Positions 1 through 10,333 of a stretch of DNA of 32,000 bases are shown here, in pieces (the stretch's first letter is position 1; every line of letters begins with the position of its first letter). Location: NCBI RefSeq assembly GCF_000148385.1, contig NC_014537.1, forward strand, positions 1,440,001 to 1,472,000. Direction: 5' to 3'. Position numbers and translations under genes: made by a program. This DNA comes from Vulcanisaeta distributa DSM 14429 (GTDB lineage: Archaea > Thermoproteota > Thermoprotei > Thermoproteales > Thermocladiaceae). The notes under the pieces were generated by a model. That model saw only the letters and a program-made list of their open reading frames with translations, was not told the origin of the DNA and made no database searches.

Positions 1-1777
1 ACATCTCGAGTATCTCATCAACCGTTGTGGCCTGCTCAGGCGATTTATCGGTCCTGTAACGTCCAGTGAACCTTGGGAACCTAATGGCTAGTCCAACGCC
101 AGGTCTAATAGCGCCCATACAACAGGTGTGGAGTGGGCTTAGGGTTATTTCCGCGCCAATTATTTCAAGGACCACGGCTGGTACAAACCACACGTCAGGC
201 TCCATCTTGGAGACAACCCTTGGATGCTTATGCGGTATCCTATATGGATCAAGCATCTGCTTTAGCTTCACGAGATCCTCATCAGTAAATCCACTACCAA
301 CCTTACTCACAGTGTAGAACTGGTCCGTCTTAGGATCATAGGCAGCAATGAGTAGTGCGCCGTACGTGCCCGCCCTCTTACCACGACCCCAGAAGGCACC
401 AACGACCACCAGGTCAAGTGTATCCGTTAACTCACTCCTATAATCACGCTTATACTTAATCCAGAGCCAACCCCTGGCCCCCATTTCATATATCGAGTCA
501 GCCTTAATGGACTTGCACATGACCCCCTCACAACCATCGCTTATTGCCTCATGGAAGAATTTATCAAGCTCCTCTGCATCATTTATTATCCTCCACGTTG
601 CCAAGTGAACATACTCACTGGGCTTAAGAACCTCTAACAACTTCCTCTTCCTATCAATGAGCGGCAGGTTTGTTAAGTCCTGGCCATCAATATACATGAT
701 ATCAAACAGGAATATGTTAACCGGATATTCCTTCATCGCCTCCTTAATATCATGCTTCCTCTTCCTATGCATCAACTCCTGGAAGGGCCTAAACTCGCCC
801 GTGTCCGGGTCAATGGCTACTATCTCACCCTCCACTATGTACTCCTTGGCATCAATGGCCTCCTTAACATACTCAGCAACGTCCGGGTAGGCATGCGTTA
901 TATTCTCAAGCCTCCTGCTGAAAATCCTAATCTCCCCATCCCTCGTCTTATGTATTTGGGCCCTCTCCCCATCATACTTATACTCAACCATAGCAACACC
1001 CCCCAATTTGGCCAGAATCTCCGTAGATGTACTCAACCTTTCAGCGAGCATTGGTTGTATTGGTACGCCAGGTGTCACGTGGATCTTAGCTAGGGCGTTC
1101 TGACCCTCCTGAGCGACCATCTTAGCTATATAACCAAGGTCTGGGTAAATGTGATAGGCCCTCTCAAGGGCCTCCCTGGGCACCTTATACGCATCCGACA
1201 AAGCATCGAGAATCGTCATGTCAGCGACGCCAAGCCTCAACCTACCGATCACAAACCTGGCAATGTACTTAGCCTCCTCAGGCTTAGCCCTTGAGAATAA
1301 GTACGTGAGGAGTTTAACCTTCGTATCCTGGGCACCCTCACCACTCGCCCTGGCTATCGACATCAACGTATCATAAACCTTACCCATTGTCAACTCCTCG
1401 CCACCCCCACCACCAAAGAACTCAAGTATTGACTTACCACCACCCTGCTGCGGCTTACTACTCATTATCCTCCTGGCGGTCTCACCAACATCCCCAAGCC
1501 TCTTATAGAGGTCCTCAATCTGCTTAATGGGCGCTCCAGTGGCGTTGGCGATAGCCCTGAAGGTGAGCTTCTCAGCAACACCGAGTTCTACGCCCTCCCA
1601 GTCAGGCCTTAATTGACCGAGTATGAAGTAAATTACCTTATCAATAACGTTAGGTGGGGTCTTCTTAAGGAGTGATGAGAGTAGCTTAGCCATGACAGTC
1701 CTCTGGGTAGTTGCCTCAATACTCTCAAGCGCCTTCACCACATCGATGAACTTAATGTCATTACTGCCTGTGGACAT
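1..1777 (-). CDS. lig: ATP-dependent DNA ligase; the C-terminal end runs off the window start
   Basis: Absent from the ORF track because it is open to the window edge. My minus-strand translation from the ATG at 1777 gives [24 protein letters not shown]... It contains the adenylation motif [12 protein letters not shown], then [18 protein letters not shown], and an OB-fold-region [16 protein letters not shown]. There is no stop before position 1. Confidence 0.9.
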   Translation of the reverse strand, partial: MSTGSNDIKFIDVVKALESIEATTQRTVMAKLLSSLLKKTPPNVIDKVIYFILGQLRPDWEGVELGVAEKLTFRAIANATGAPIKQIEDLYKRLGDVGETARRIMSSKPQQGGGKSILEFFGGGGGEELTMGKVYDTLMSIARASGEGAQDTKVKLLTYLFSRAKPEEAKYIARFVIGRLRLGVADMTILDALSDAYKVPREALERAYHIYPDLGYIAKMVAQEGQNALAKIHVTPGVPIQPMLAERLSTSTEILAKLGGVAMVEYKYDGERAQIHKTRDGEIRIFSRRLENITHAYPDVAEYVKEAIDAKEYIVEGEIVAIDPDTGEFRPFQELMHRKRKHDIKEAMKEYPVNIFLFDIMYIDGQDLTNLPLIDRKRKLLEVLKPSEYVHLATWRIINDAEELDKFFHEAISDGCEGVMCKSIKADSIYEMGARGWLWIKYKRDYRSELTDTLDLVVVGAFWGRGKRAGTYGALLIAAYDPKTDQFYTVSKVGSGFTDEDLVKLKQMLDPYRIPHKHPRVVSKMEPDVWFVPAVVLEIIGAEITLSPLHTCCMGAIRPGVGLAIRFPRFTGRYRTDKSPEQATTVDEILEM

Positions 1778-1862
1778 CAACTTACACACTCTATAAGAGA
1801 TTAATTAAACCACCGCTCCGTAATACCCTAAGAATAAGGTTGGTTAGATAGGGCATTAAAGC

Positions 1863-1869
1863 TTTAATA
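1863..1869 (+). promoter_or_regulatory. TATA-like box (tttaata) about 26 nt upstream of the glyA ATG; implies a leaderless or near-leaderless transcript
   Basis: AT-rich heptamer at the spacing typical of archaeal TATA to TSS, in the 114-bp divergent lig/glyA spacer. Confidence 0.4.
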
Positions 1870-1891
1870 GATTATCGTTAAACCTTAGTAA

Positions 1892-3184
1892 ATGCCATTA
1901 GACCCGGACTCAGTATTAAACGATGTATTAAATATAGTGAAAACGCATAATAAATGGCGTAGGTTAGAGACGATAAACCTCATACCTAGCGAGAATGTGA
2001 TGTCGCCATTGGCTGAGTATATTTACCTAAATGATATGGAGGGCAGGTACGCCGAGGGTACGCTAGGCAGTAGGTATTATCAAGGAACTAAGTACATCGA
2101 TAAGCTTGAGGGTCTCCTTGCAAACTTAATGGGTGAGCTGTTTCACGCGAAATTTGTAGATGTCAGACCCATTTCAGGCACCATAGCCAATGCAGCGGTC
2201 TATGCGGCGTTGACGCAGCCTGGTGATACGATAATGTCAGTACCACTTAACTCAGGGGGTCACATAAGCCATAAAACAACGGGTGCACCTGGAATTCTCA
2301 AGTTGAAGGTTGTAGATCTGCCCTGGGATAATAATGAGTTTAATGTTGATGTTGATGAAAGTATTAAGTTAATTAGGGAAGTTAAACCGAAGATCATTAT
2401 ACTCGGCGGTTCTGTATATCTATTTCCACACCCCGTTAAGGAGCTCCTTGAGGCTGCTCATGAGGTCAATGCGGTGCTGCTTCACGATTCGGCCCACGTA
2501 CTTGGCTTAATCGCTGGTGGGGCATTCCCGAACCCACTTGACCTGGGCGCCGATGTTATGACATCATCAACACATAAAACATTCCCAGGCCCCCAGGGCG
2601 GCGTTGTCTTCACTAATAGGGAGGATTTATTTAAGGTAATTCAAAGGGCGGTGTTTCCTGGGCTTACCTCGAATTACCATCACCATAGGTATGCCGCGAC
2701 TGCCGTGACGGCAATCGAAATGATGAAGTTCGGTAAGGCTTACGCGGAGCAAGTCGTCAGTAATGCAAGGGCATTGGCTGAGGAATTACATGCATTGGGG
2801 TTCAAGGTCATTGCCGAGAATAAGGGGTTCACGAGGACTCATCAGGTACTTATTGATGTATCTAATGTTGGTGGTGGCAGTAAATCGGCAGTATTACTTG
2901 AGGAGGCGAACATAATTGTGAATAAGAATGCGCTCCCCTGGGATAGGGGCTTTAGGGATCCGAGTGGTCTTAGGCTTGGCGTTCAGGAGATGACTAGGTT
3001 TGGCATGGGTAAGGATGAAATGAGGGTTATTGCGGAGTTTATGGCGCGCGTCCTCATAAGGAAGGAAGACCCCAGTAGCATTAGGAAGGAGGTTATTGAG
3101 TTTAGGAGGGAGTTTACCCAGGTTAGGTATGGTTTAACACCGAGGGATATTGGCATTGATATTAACATAAGCATGTTAATGTAA
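1892..3184 (+). CDS. glyA: Serine hydroxymethyltransferase
   Basis: 430 aa. Contains NLIPSEN, the GSRYYQG motif, and the PLP-lysine region [14 protein letters not shown]. Confidence 0.93.
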   Translation: MPLDPDSVLNDVLNIVKTHNKWRRLETINLIPSENVMSPLAEYIYLNDMEGRYAEGTLGSRYYQGTKYIDKLEGLLANLMGELFHAKFVDVRPISGTIANAAVYAALTQPGDTIMSVPLNSGGHISHKTTGAPGILKLKVVDLPWDNNEFNVDVDESIKLIREVKPKIIILGGSVYLFPHPVKELLEAAHEVNAVLLHDSAHVLGLIAGGAFPNPLDLGADVMTSSTHKTFPGPQGGVVFTNREDLFKVIQRAVFPGLTSNYHHHRYAATAVTAIEMMKFGKAYAEQVVSNARALAEELHALGFKVIAENKGFTRTHQVLIDVSNVGGGSKSAVLLEEANIIVNKNALPWDRGFRDPSGLRLGVQEMTRFGMGKDEMRVIAEFMARVLIRKEDPSSIRKEVIEFRREFTQVRYGLTPRDIGIDINISMLM

Positions 3185-3216
3185 TGAGTCGATTAATTCT
3201 ATGACTTAAGATTACC

Positions 3217-3870
3217 ATGCGCGGCGGTGTTGTTTTTGACCCGATGGAATGGTTATTAGTTAGGAGTTACTACATGGCACTACTCCCCCAGTTGAACTTT
3301 AGGGGTGATTACCTTGCAGCTGAGCTGGCACCAAGCTTTTGTAACTACGATGGCGATTTAAGAGAGTTTAGGTGGGACGTCGTTAACATAGTAATGCCGC
3401 CAGCTGAAGTGAAACCCAGTGATGATGGTTTATTAATTGCCGTTGAGGGGTACTCCGTTAAGCTTCTTCGTGATTGGGGATTAAGCCCCGATATCGTTGT
3501 CACAGACTTCGACTTCAGCCCTGAGGAGGTAATTAACTGTGATTGTTTAGTGCTTGGCCATGCACATGGCGACAACATTGCCTATTATCCCAAGTACGCG
3601 TCTAGAGTTAGGAGGTTATTACCCACGGTTCAGGTATGGCCTAGGGGTTGTTCATTGCTAGTTCCTGGATTTACCGATGGTGATAGGGCCGTTTACCTAG
3701 CCTACTACATGGGTGCTAAGGAGATTAGGATTTACGGCTTTAATCCAGGTAAGGTCGTGAAAAGAGACGATGAGATTAAGAGAATGAAGTTAGAGATTGC
3801 TAGGACGTTGATTAATAGGATTATGCGAAAGGCCGTGAGTAATAATGCCGCGATGATTAATCTTATTTAG
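3217..3870 (+). CDS. MptE-like 6-hydroxymethylpterin diphosphokinase (DUF115/PF01973-type)
   Basis: Motifs VVTDFD, GHAHGDN and GFTDGDRAVYLA match what I recall of the archaeal MptE/DUF115 family. It lies immediately downstream of glyA. The true start may be an internal Met (MEWLL). Confidence 0.6.
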   Translation: MRGGVVFDPMEWLLVRSYYMALLPQLNFRGDYLAAELAPSFCNYDGDLREFRWDVVNIVMPPAEVKPSDDGLLIAVEGYSVKLLRDWGLSPDIVVTDFDFSPEEVINCDCLVLGHAHGDNIAYYPKYASRVRRLLPTVQVWPRGCSLLVPGFTDGDRAVYLAYYMGAKEIRIYGFNPGKVVKRDDEIKRMKLEIARTLINRIMRKAVSNNAAMINLI

Positions 3871-3873
3871 ACA

Positions 3874-4617
3874 TTACTGAGACTGAGTTGACTGTTGTGG
3901 TGCGATTGTTATTAGGGGTTTTTCTTTACCCACTGCGAATAGGTAATCCACTATTGTCCTGACCTCCTTACCCTCATTCGTTATTATCTTTACTGTGGAT
4001 TCTCTCTTCCTGTAGGTCTGTACTATCTCAGTTATCTTTCCGTAGTAACCCACGTTCTTTCCATCAACGATTAATCCAAGCGAGCCTAGTTCCAATTTCA
4101 CGTAATCAACGATCTTATTCTCGGCGATATCAATTAGCACTGAATCAAGCGTATCATACTTACTGCCCTCCTCATAGGGTAATTGTATGTTCCTGCCATC
4201 ATGCAGGTTAAGCTGTATTTGCCCGCCCTTAACCATGGTCTTATTCTCAATCCTGCAAAGCTTATACCTAGCCTCCTCCTGGCTTATTAGTACTGGCCAC
4301 AGGAACTTAGTTGGGTGTGGAACCATTCGGTAAACCTCATTAGTTGGCACAATCTCAACAACGTCCATTAAACCCACTGGGTACTTATAATCCCTCCTAA
4401 CCTTACCATCAACCTTAATCAATCCCTTACCAATGACGTACCTAGCCTCCCTAAGCGTCTTCGCGTATCTAAGGACATCCCTGACAAGCAATGCCAGTGG
4501 TAAAGACTTAGCCAATGGATGCGGTCCAGGGCTTGGCCTAACAACCCACACAGCCTCCTTAGTGGATATCGGCCACCACTCAGGCGCTTGGTAACGCCTT
4601 AAGTGCCTACTGGGCAT
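3874..4617 (-). CDS. rps4e: 30S ribosomal protein S4e
   Basis: The N-terminus HLRRYQAPEWWPI...WVVRPSPGPH and KVDGKVRRDYKYPVGLMDVV are typical of eS4. Confidence 0.93.
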   Translation of the reverse strand: MPSRHLRRYQAPEWWPISTKEAVWVVRPSPGPHPLAKSLPLALLVRDVLRYAKTLREARYVIGKGLIKVDGKVRRDYKYPVGLMDVVEIVPTNEVYRMVPHPTKFLWPVLISQEEARYKLCRIENKTMVKGGQIQLNLHDGRNIQLPYEEGSKYDTLDSVLIDIAENKIVDYVKLELGSLGLIVDGKNVGYYGKITEIVQTYRKRESTVKIITNEGKEVRTIVDYLFAVGKEKPLITIAPQQSTQSQ

Positions 4618-4650
4618 TAGGCATCACCGTGGGGAACCCCATTTAAAGGC

Positions 4651-5136
4651 TTACTGCTGCTTCTGTTCACCGCCACTGCCCTGACCACCAACGACGATTA
4701 CCTCAGGCTTCCTCAATGCCCTAGCCTCCTTAACCTCCTCAAGCTTCTTTAAGTACTCCTCACGCTGCTTCCTAGCCCTCTCAATCGCCTCCAGCCTCCT
4801 CTTATCGCTGGTGTCCAACTCGACAATCATTACCTTTGATGGGTGTATTGGGTAGTAAACGGTTTCACCACTAGGTTTCTTCAAGGTTGCATTCTCCACG
4901 TAGATCCTCATCTTCCTTAAATCAACCTCAACCACCTTACCCCTAACGCCCTTGAAATCACCCCTCAGTATGAGCACGGTATCGCCCTTCCTAACCGGCA
5001 ATCTCTTAACGCCATACTGCCTTTGTAAATCCTCACTAAGCCGAGCTGTCATTAACCTATGCCTAACATGGAGTGGCGCATTGAATAGTGCCTTCCTCTG
5101 CTTCCTCGGTTGTTTAGACCTTGTTAATGTGACCAT
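4651..5136 (-). CDS. rpl24: 50S ribosomal protein L24 (uL24) with a charged, Gly-rich C-terminal extension
   Basis: [27 protein letters not shown]...[25 protein letters not shown] (KOW motif). At 161 aa it is longer than I expect for uL24. Confidence 0.9.
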   Translation of the reverse strand: MVTLTRSKQPRKQRKALFNAPLHVRHRLMTARLSEDLQRQYGVKRLPVRKGDTVLILRGDFKGVRGKVVEVDLRKMRIYVENATLKKPSGETVYYPIHPSKVMIVELDTSDKRRLEAIERARKQREEYLKKLEEVKEARALRKPEVIVVGGQGSGGEQKQQ

Positions 5137-5160
5137 GCAAGAACCCGCTTAAGCTAATTA

Positions 5161-5178
5161 CTTAAAAATTTTAATATA
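5161..5178 (-). promoter_or_regulatory. AT-rich TATA-like region upstream of the L24-S4e pair
   Basis: The minus strand reads tatattaaaatttttaag about 25-40 nt upstream of the L24 ATG at 5136. Confidence 0.3.
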
Positions 5179-5192
5179 CCAAGGGGCTACGG

Positions 5193-6053
5193 TCAGGTTG
5201 AGGCGAGGTAAATGCCAACAAACATTATCACAGAGCCTATGATCTCCGGTACGGTTGGCTGAATACCCATTATTAAGTAGTTAAGCGTAAGTGTTAATGC
5301 AGGTACCGTGAATATGTAAGGCGTCGAGTTGGCAACACCAATTGTATTAACGAGCAAGTACCAGACGAGGAATAGGACTGCACCACCGACTATGGATGTA
5401 CCCAATAAATTACCAATGAACCCAGGCACCCACTCAATGCCGGTGAACTCCCTAAGACCATCAACTAGCAATCCCATCGCAGTAAGTATCGCTGAACCGA
5501 CGATGAACATGTTAGACACTACAATTAAGCCATCATTATTACCCAACTTTCTGAAGTATATACTGTACAGAGCCCAAAATATGGCGTTTATCATAGTAAG
5601 TAATGTCCCAATCAGCGAGACGCCCCTAATTATTGAGGAGACTCCATAAATAATAACCCCAACAAACCCAATAAGTGCGCCAATTACATTGAGCGTCCTT
5701 GGCTTTTCATGGATGAGTAGGATCGATAGTGGTATTGCAAATAGGGGCATTGTGTAGCCAAATATGGCCGACGAGCCTGGGTCGATATAAACCAGTCCAT
5801 AGGCCCAAAGCGCCGTGCTTAATGAGGAAAATAAACTCAGGAGAGCTAAGTCCCTATTTAGTATTATGTAGTATTTACCGTTAATTAATACGGCAGCCAG
5901 AGCTAATAGGGCTCCGGCTATTGCGTACCTAATTGCCATGTAACCCAGTGGCGTTGCATATCTTAATCCGAATTTTACGAAGAAGTAATTAAATGATGCC
6001 GAGAATACGTAGATTAATAAGTAACTAATGAATAGTGATTTTCTCATCAACAA
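5193..6053 (-). CDS. EamA/DMT-superfamily permease
   Basis: 286 aa with about 10 hydrophobic helices arranged as two repeated halves, typical of EamA-domain transporters. Confidence 0.8.
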   Translation of the reverse strand: MLMRKSLFISYLLIYVFSASFNYFFVKFGLRYATPLGYMAIRYAIAGALLALAAVLINGKYYIILNRDLALLSLFSSLSTALWAYGLVYIDPGSSAIFGYTMPLFAIPLSILLIHEKPRTLNVIGALIGFVGVIIYGVSSIIRGVSLIGTLLTMINAIFWALYSIYFRKLGNNDGLIVVSNMFIVGSAILTAMGLLVDGLREFTGIEWVPGFIGNLLGTSIVGGAVLFLVWYLLVNTIGVANSTPYIFTVPALTLTLNYLIMGIQPTVPEIIGSVIMFVGIYLAST

Positions 6054-6140
6054 TGCCGGGTTATGGTGTGCTTAAAAACCGTTCTTCCTGGAAATAATGA
6101 AAGGGATAAAAGGCTTGTTCCTGGGGATCTTTAGAGTATA

Positions 6141-6737
6141 ATGCATTATTACGATAGGGAACCCGTCTTTAAGGAGATGAGGGTTAGGAGAATCCATACG
6201 GTGATTAGGGGATTTCCATTGACCTTCGTGTTAGCCCCTGGGGTCTTCTCGAGCGAGGATGTGGATGCAGGGACTAGGTTGTTGGCTGAGAATATGGTTA
6301 TAATGAATGATTGGGACATACTCGACATGGGCTGTGGTTACGGCGTTCTCGGTATTGTAGCGGCGAAACTGGCGCCGAGGGGTAGGGTGGTCATGGTTGA
6401 TATAAATAAACTCGCGGTTAAGTTAGCAGCCATAAACATTAAAATTAATAGGGTAAGTAATGCTGAGGTCCGATTAAGCGACTTATATAATGCGGTTCAG
6501 GGCGAGAAGTTTAATACGATAATTTCGAATCCACCAATAACGGCGGGTCTCGATTTAAATAGGAGATTGATAATTGAGGCTAAGAACCACTTAAAGCCTG
6601 GCGGTCTCCTTCAAATTGTTGTACCGAAGAAGTTGAGGTCGAGGTTTGAGGAGATTTTATACGGTAATTACGACATTGTGGAGAGATTGGCTAAGTCAGG
6701 TAATTACATAGCCTACGTGGCCAAGGTCATGGGTTAG
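6141..6737 (+). CDS. Class I SAM-dependent methyltransferase, RsmC/RlmG-like small-domain type (PF05175-like)
   Basis: SAM motif I is ILDMGCGYGVLGI. The NPPI tetrad (ISNPPITAG) is typical of amino-group (N6-A/N2-G) methyltransferases. Confidence 0.75.
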   Translation: MHYYDREPVFKEMRVRRIHTVIRGFPLTFVLAPGVFSSEDVDAGTRLLAENMVIMNDWDILDMGCGYGVLGIVAAKLAPRGRVVMVDINKLAVKLAAINIKINRVSNAEVRLSDLYNAVQGEKFNTIISNPPITAGLDLNRRLIIEAKNHLKPGGLLQIVVPKKLRSRFEEILYGNYDIVERLAKSGNYIAYVAKVMG

Positions 6738-9256
6738 CCCTTCGCCTCCATCCTACCTAGCCTATCCATAATCCTCCTCTGCTCCTCTCTAATCCTCTCA
6801 ATCTCCTCCCTCAACCTCGCATACTCCACGCCCCTCTGCATCTGCTCCCTAATCTTTCTGGCGACATCCCTCGCATAACGCCTAATACGACCATCCAAGT
6901 CCCTACTAGCCAAGTCATCTAGCGCATCCAGGAACCTTGGATCCAGGGAACTCTCCACGGCAGCCACTGCGGCATACCTAACCCTGTAATACGGGTCCTT
7001 AAGCAACTCCCTAATCCTATCATAAACCCTCCTAATACCCACGAACTTACCCAGGGACTGGGTTGCGACCATCCTAACGAGGGTTGGTTTACCAAGCTCC
7101 GTGTACTTAATGAGCGTATCCACGGCCTCATCAGTGCCTAACTCGGAAAGTCCCTGTAGTGCGCCCTGGGTTATTACGTGGTTATGGCTTGGATAATTAA
7201 GGGCCTTAATGAGTTCCCCTGCGTAATCCATCATCCCCAACTTACCAAGTGATTGAGCAGCCTTTGACCTGACGTAGTAACTCTCGGATGTGTTTTCAAG
7301 GATTGATGTAAGGACTCTAGCTGCATCCCCATTACCTTTAAAGTTACCCAAAGCCTCCGCAATGGCTTGTCTAACCCTCGGGTGTCTCTCATTATTCAAT
7401 GCGTTGAGTAACGCCTTGAGCGCGTCATCCGTACCTACTCTACCGAGTGCCCTGGCAGCCTCAGCTCTAACGCCCCAGAATGGGTCATTCATCAATGCCT
7501 TGCTTAACCCCTCAACAGCCCTGGCACTACCATCCCTCGCCAATGCATCAATAGCCTCTAACCTGCACATTATGTTATCACTACCTAACTCAGCGATGGC
7601 CTCCTCAACACCCTTATCACTACTCACTGACTTAACACCCACCTTAAACTGAGGATCTATGCACACGTACTGCGGCCTCTCGCTGGCTGGTACGTATATC
7701 GTGACCTCTCTCTCATTTAGTTCGATTCTAAGTAGGTCAACCTTACCGCTTGGGTATTTAATCTCAAATTCAAGGGGTAGCCTATAAATTGGGTATGAGT
7801 CATCGCCCTGTGCCTGGCTAATACTCAATTTAATGAACTTATTGCCTGGGTCGTAACTCCAGGAATACTTAATGACCGGGTGGCCAGATGAGTAAACGAA
7901 TTGCGTGAAAAACCAATCAAGTGGTTGCCCAGAAACCTCCTCAAGCGCCTTCCTGAGGTCCTCCGTATCTGCATTACCATGGGCATGCCGTGTTAAGTAT
8001 AGGTTTATACCCTTCTGGAAGACTTCATCACCGAGTAAATTACGGAGTGTGTGAAGGACAAGGCTTCCCTTCTCATATGTATGCCTATCAAACATCTCCT
8101 CAGGGTCCTTATACATCCTCGTGACTATCGGCCTCGCGTACCTATTGCCATACTCATTGAGGTAACTCCTAAGGTTTTGGTACAACTCGTACAAGAACTC
8201 ATCACGTCCCTTGGCACGCTCCGTGTAAAGCGCCTCGAAGTACGTGGCGAACGCCTCATTAAGCCAGATATTAGCCCAGTCCTTAGTCGTCACATAATCA
8301 CCAAACCACTGATGGGCGAGTTCGTGAGCTACCAAGCCATCTGACGTGAAGTCCTCCATACCTGGGCATGGGAATCTAGACCCGGGACAATGGGCATGTT
8401 CATCATGTAGCGTTGTGTCTGTGACTATGGTTATCGTTGTGTTCTCCATACCGCCATAAATAAATTCACTAACGGCAACATGCTTATAATTAGGCCATGG
8501 ATACCTAACACCCGTGTACTCACTGTAAAACCTTATCATGTCGCAAGTCCTATAGAAACTAAACCTAGCCCTATCGCCGAATCCTCTTGGCACGTAATGC
8601 TCAATGGTTATCCCATCACAATCCTCCCTAACAACCTCGAACTCGCCGGCTGCAAAGGCTACGAGATACGCCGAGTGGGGCTTGTCTAACCGCCAGTGCC
8701 ACAGTACCTCATCACCGAGATCCTTAGTCTCCACTAGAATGCCGTTTGAAACCGCGGTCCAGGTCTTCGGAACTATTATTAATAACTCGCTCGTGAATTT
8801 AACATTAGGGTAATCGGGCATTGGTATCCAGTAATGATTATCCTCACTCTCACCCTGTGTCCAGACCATGGGCACTCTATCCCTGTAATGCTCGTCCGGC
8901 AATATGAAATAGAGGCCCTTCCTGGGTTTCGTTTCGTAGTTCACCTGCACTGTGTGATTCCCTGGACTGATGTATACCCTGAGTACCCTGCCATCGTACT
9001 CAAACTTTGTGTCCTGCCCATTCACCTTAACGGATATTATCTTCATCTCTGCCGCATCAAGCTCGATATAGTCCCTGCCAGGTGGCACATCAATACTGTA
9101 CTCTGCTAACCCCTCGATCGCCCTCTCGCTAGTCTTAACCCGTATTTGGGCCCTTAAGTGCTTTAGGGCGTAGCCGTAATGTTTAGGAAATTGAGGCCTG
9201 TAGTCAGGGTATACGAAGTTCCTACCAATTAAGTAGCCAGCCTTGTCAAAGGACAC
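6734..9256 (-). CDS. M1-family zinc aminopeptidase fused to C-terminal HEAT-like repeats (GTG start)
   Basis: Contains GGMEN, the zinc site HELAHQWFGD...WLNEAFATY, and a C-terminal third with repeated ...VRxxAAxALG... HEAT/PBS-lyase-type units. Confidence 0.88.
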   Translation of the reverse strand: MSFDKAGYLIGRNFVYPDYRPQFPKHYGYALKHLRAQIRVKTSERAIEGLAEYSIDVPPGRDYIELDAAEMKIISVKVNGQDTKFEYDGRVLRVYISPGNHTVQVNYETKPRKGLYFILPDEHYRDRVPMVWTQGESEDNHYWIPMPDYPNVKFTSELLIIVPKTWTAVSNGILVETKDLGDEVLWHWRLDKPHSAYLVAFAAGEFEVVREDCDGITIEHYVPRGFGDRARFSFYRTCDMIRFYSEYTGVRYPWPNYKHVAVSEFIYGGMENTTITIVTDTTLHDEHAHCPGSRFPCPGMEDFTSDGLVAHELAHQWFGDYVTTKDWANIWLNEAFATYFEALYTERAKGRDEFLYELYQNLRSYLNEYGNRYARPIVTRMYKDPEEMFDRHTYEKGSLVLHTLRNLLGDEVFQKGINLYLTRHAHGNADTEDLRKALEEVSGQPLDWFFTQFVYSSGHPVIKYSWSYDPGNKFIKLSISQAQGDDSYPIYRLPLEFEIKYPSGKVDLLRIELNEREVTIYVPASERPQYVCIDPQFKVGVKSVSSDKGVEEAIAELGSDNIMCRLEAIDALARDGSARAVEGLSKALMNDPFWGVRAEAARALGRVGTDDALKALLNALNNERHPRVRQAIAEALGNFKGNGDAARVLTSILENTSESYYVRSKAAQSLGKLGMMDYAGELIKALNYPSHNHVITQGALQGLSELGTDEAVDTLIKYTELGKPTLVRMVATQSLGKFVGIRRVYDRIRELLKDPYYRVRYAAVAAVESSLDPRFLDALDDLASRDLDGRIRRYARDVARKIREQMQRGVEYARLREEIERIREEQRRIMDRLGRMEAKG

Positions 9257-9304
9257 ATGGTTGGGATTAAACGAAAATTAATATGTATTACCTTAATTAC
9301 CTTG

Positions 9305-9544
9305 TTAGAAGAACCTTACCTTGAGGACCGATAATTTATAGACCTTGTTCTGTTCCTCAGTCTTAATGACCCTCTGACCAAGCAGTGGGAATAGTCTCTT
9401 TAATGTTAGGTAGCACTCCTCGTCATCGAGTATGAACGTTATAACAGAACCCACTGGCGCATCGCGGAAGTTCTGTATGGCCAGTGTACTACCGTATGGG
9501 CAACCAATACCCCTTAAATCAACTGTTAACTCGCCAACCCTCAC
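9305..9544 (-). CDS. TusA/SirA-like small sulfur-carrier protein
   Basis: 79 aa. VDLRGIGCPYGSTL resembles the TusA Cys motif (usually CPxP; here CPYG). Confidence 0.55.
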   Translation of the reverse strand: MRVGELTVDLRGIGCPYGSTLAIQNFRDAPVGSVITFILDDEECYLTLKRLFPLLGQRVIKTEEQNKVYKLSVLKVRFF

Positions 9545-9685
9545 AGGTTACCAATGAGTATTGGTATACTTTAGGCATAATGCACTGCGCATTTTTTGCA
9601 TAGGTCTCTGCCACATGGCGTTAATCCATTTAGGTAATAAGCCTAAGGAGGATTTATAAGCCTCGGAATTAATAATTATAAGTTC

Positions 9686-10264
9686 ATGTCCGCAGGTAGG
9701 GACTTTATTAACCAGGTGATTATGGAGATCGAGAATTCAATCCTAAAACCCCTCGAGGATATTGAAAGCAGCGCTGAGGGAATCCTTGAGAACTTGTCGG
9801 AAAGCATGAATATCGAGAAGCCCAAGGTAATAGCCACGGTGAATCCCACGAATGAGTGCATTGAGTACGTGGATAAGAATCAACAATGCCAGGTAATTAC
9901 CGGTAAGTACTTCCCTGAGGAATCAATAATACTCATTAATTATAGAATTGACATGAACACACTTCTCCATCTATTCGCCCATCACGTACATGCGGTGGAG
10001 ATGGGTAAGGCTAAGTATGTCAGGGTTAGGAGACTAGAGGAGTTGAGACTTCCCTGGGAGTTAAGGCCCACCGAAATTGTGGCTATGTACAGGACCGCGC
10101 AATTAGTACGTATGCTCCAGCCCAGGGCCTGGAGGATCTATAATGAGGAGATCAAGCCCAGGATTAAGGAGATTGATGAGAAATTCAATAGTGTGAGGTT
10201 TACGGTGAATTACATAGAGAGGCAGGTGGAGCACATACTGAGTAGTAGAAGGTCTATTCAGTAA
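9686..10264 (+). CDS. Hypothetical protein with a His-rich patch LLHLFAHHVHAVEMG
   Basis: 192-aa ORF with a TATA-like tttataa about 30 nt upstream. I recognise no family. Confidence 0.4.
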   Translation: MSAGRDFINQVIMEIENSILKPLEDIESSAEGILENLSESMNIEKPKVIATVNPTNECIEYVDKNQQCQVITGKYFPEESIILINYRIDMNTLLHLFAHHVHAVEMGKAKYVRVRRLEELRLPWELRPTEIVAMYRTAQLVRMLQPRAWRIYNEEIKPRIKEIDEKFNSVRFTVNYIERQVEHILSSRRSIQ

Positions 10265-10333
10265 TATTTGTACTAATTATAATATAACTAAATTATATAT
10301 CTGAATACTATCGTTTTATATTTTTATAATAAT

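Noticed and set aside
66-1093. ORF-track entries 66-317, 657-890 and 752-1093 on the + strand
   Set aside because: They lie antisense within the well-supported DNA ligase gene (minus strand, KYDGER motif). Their sequences are low-complexity and show no motifs.
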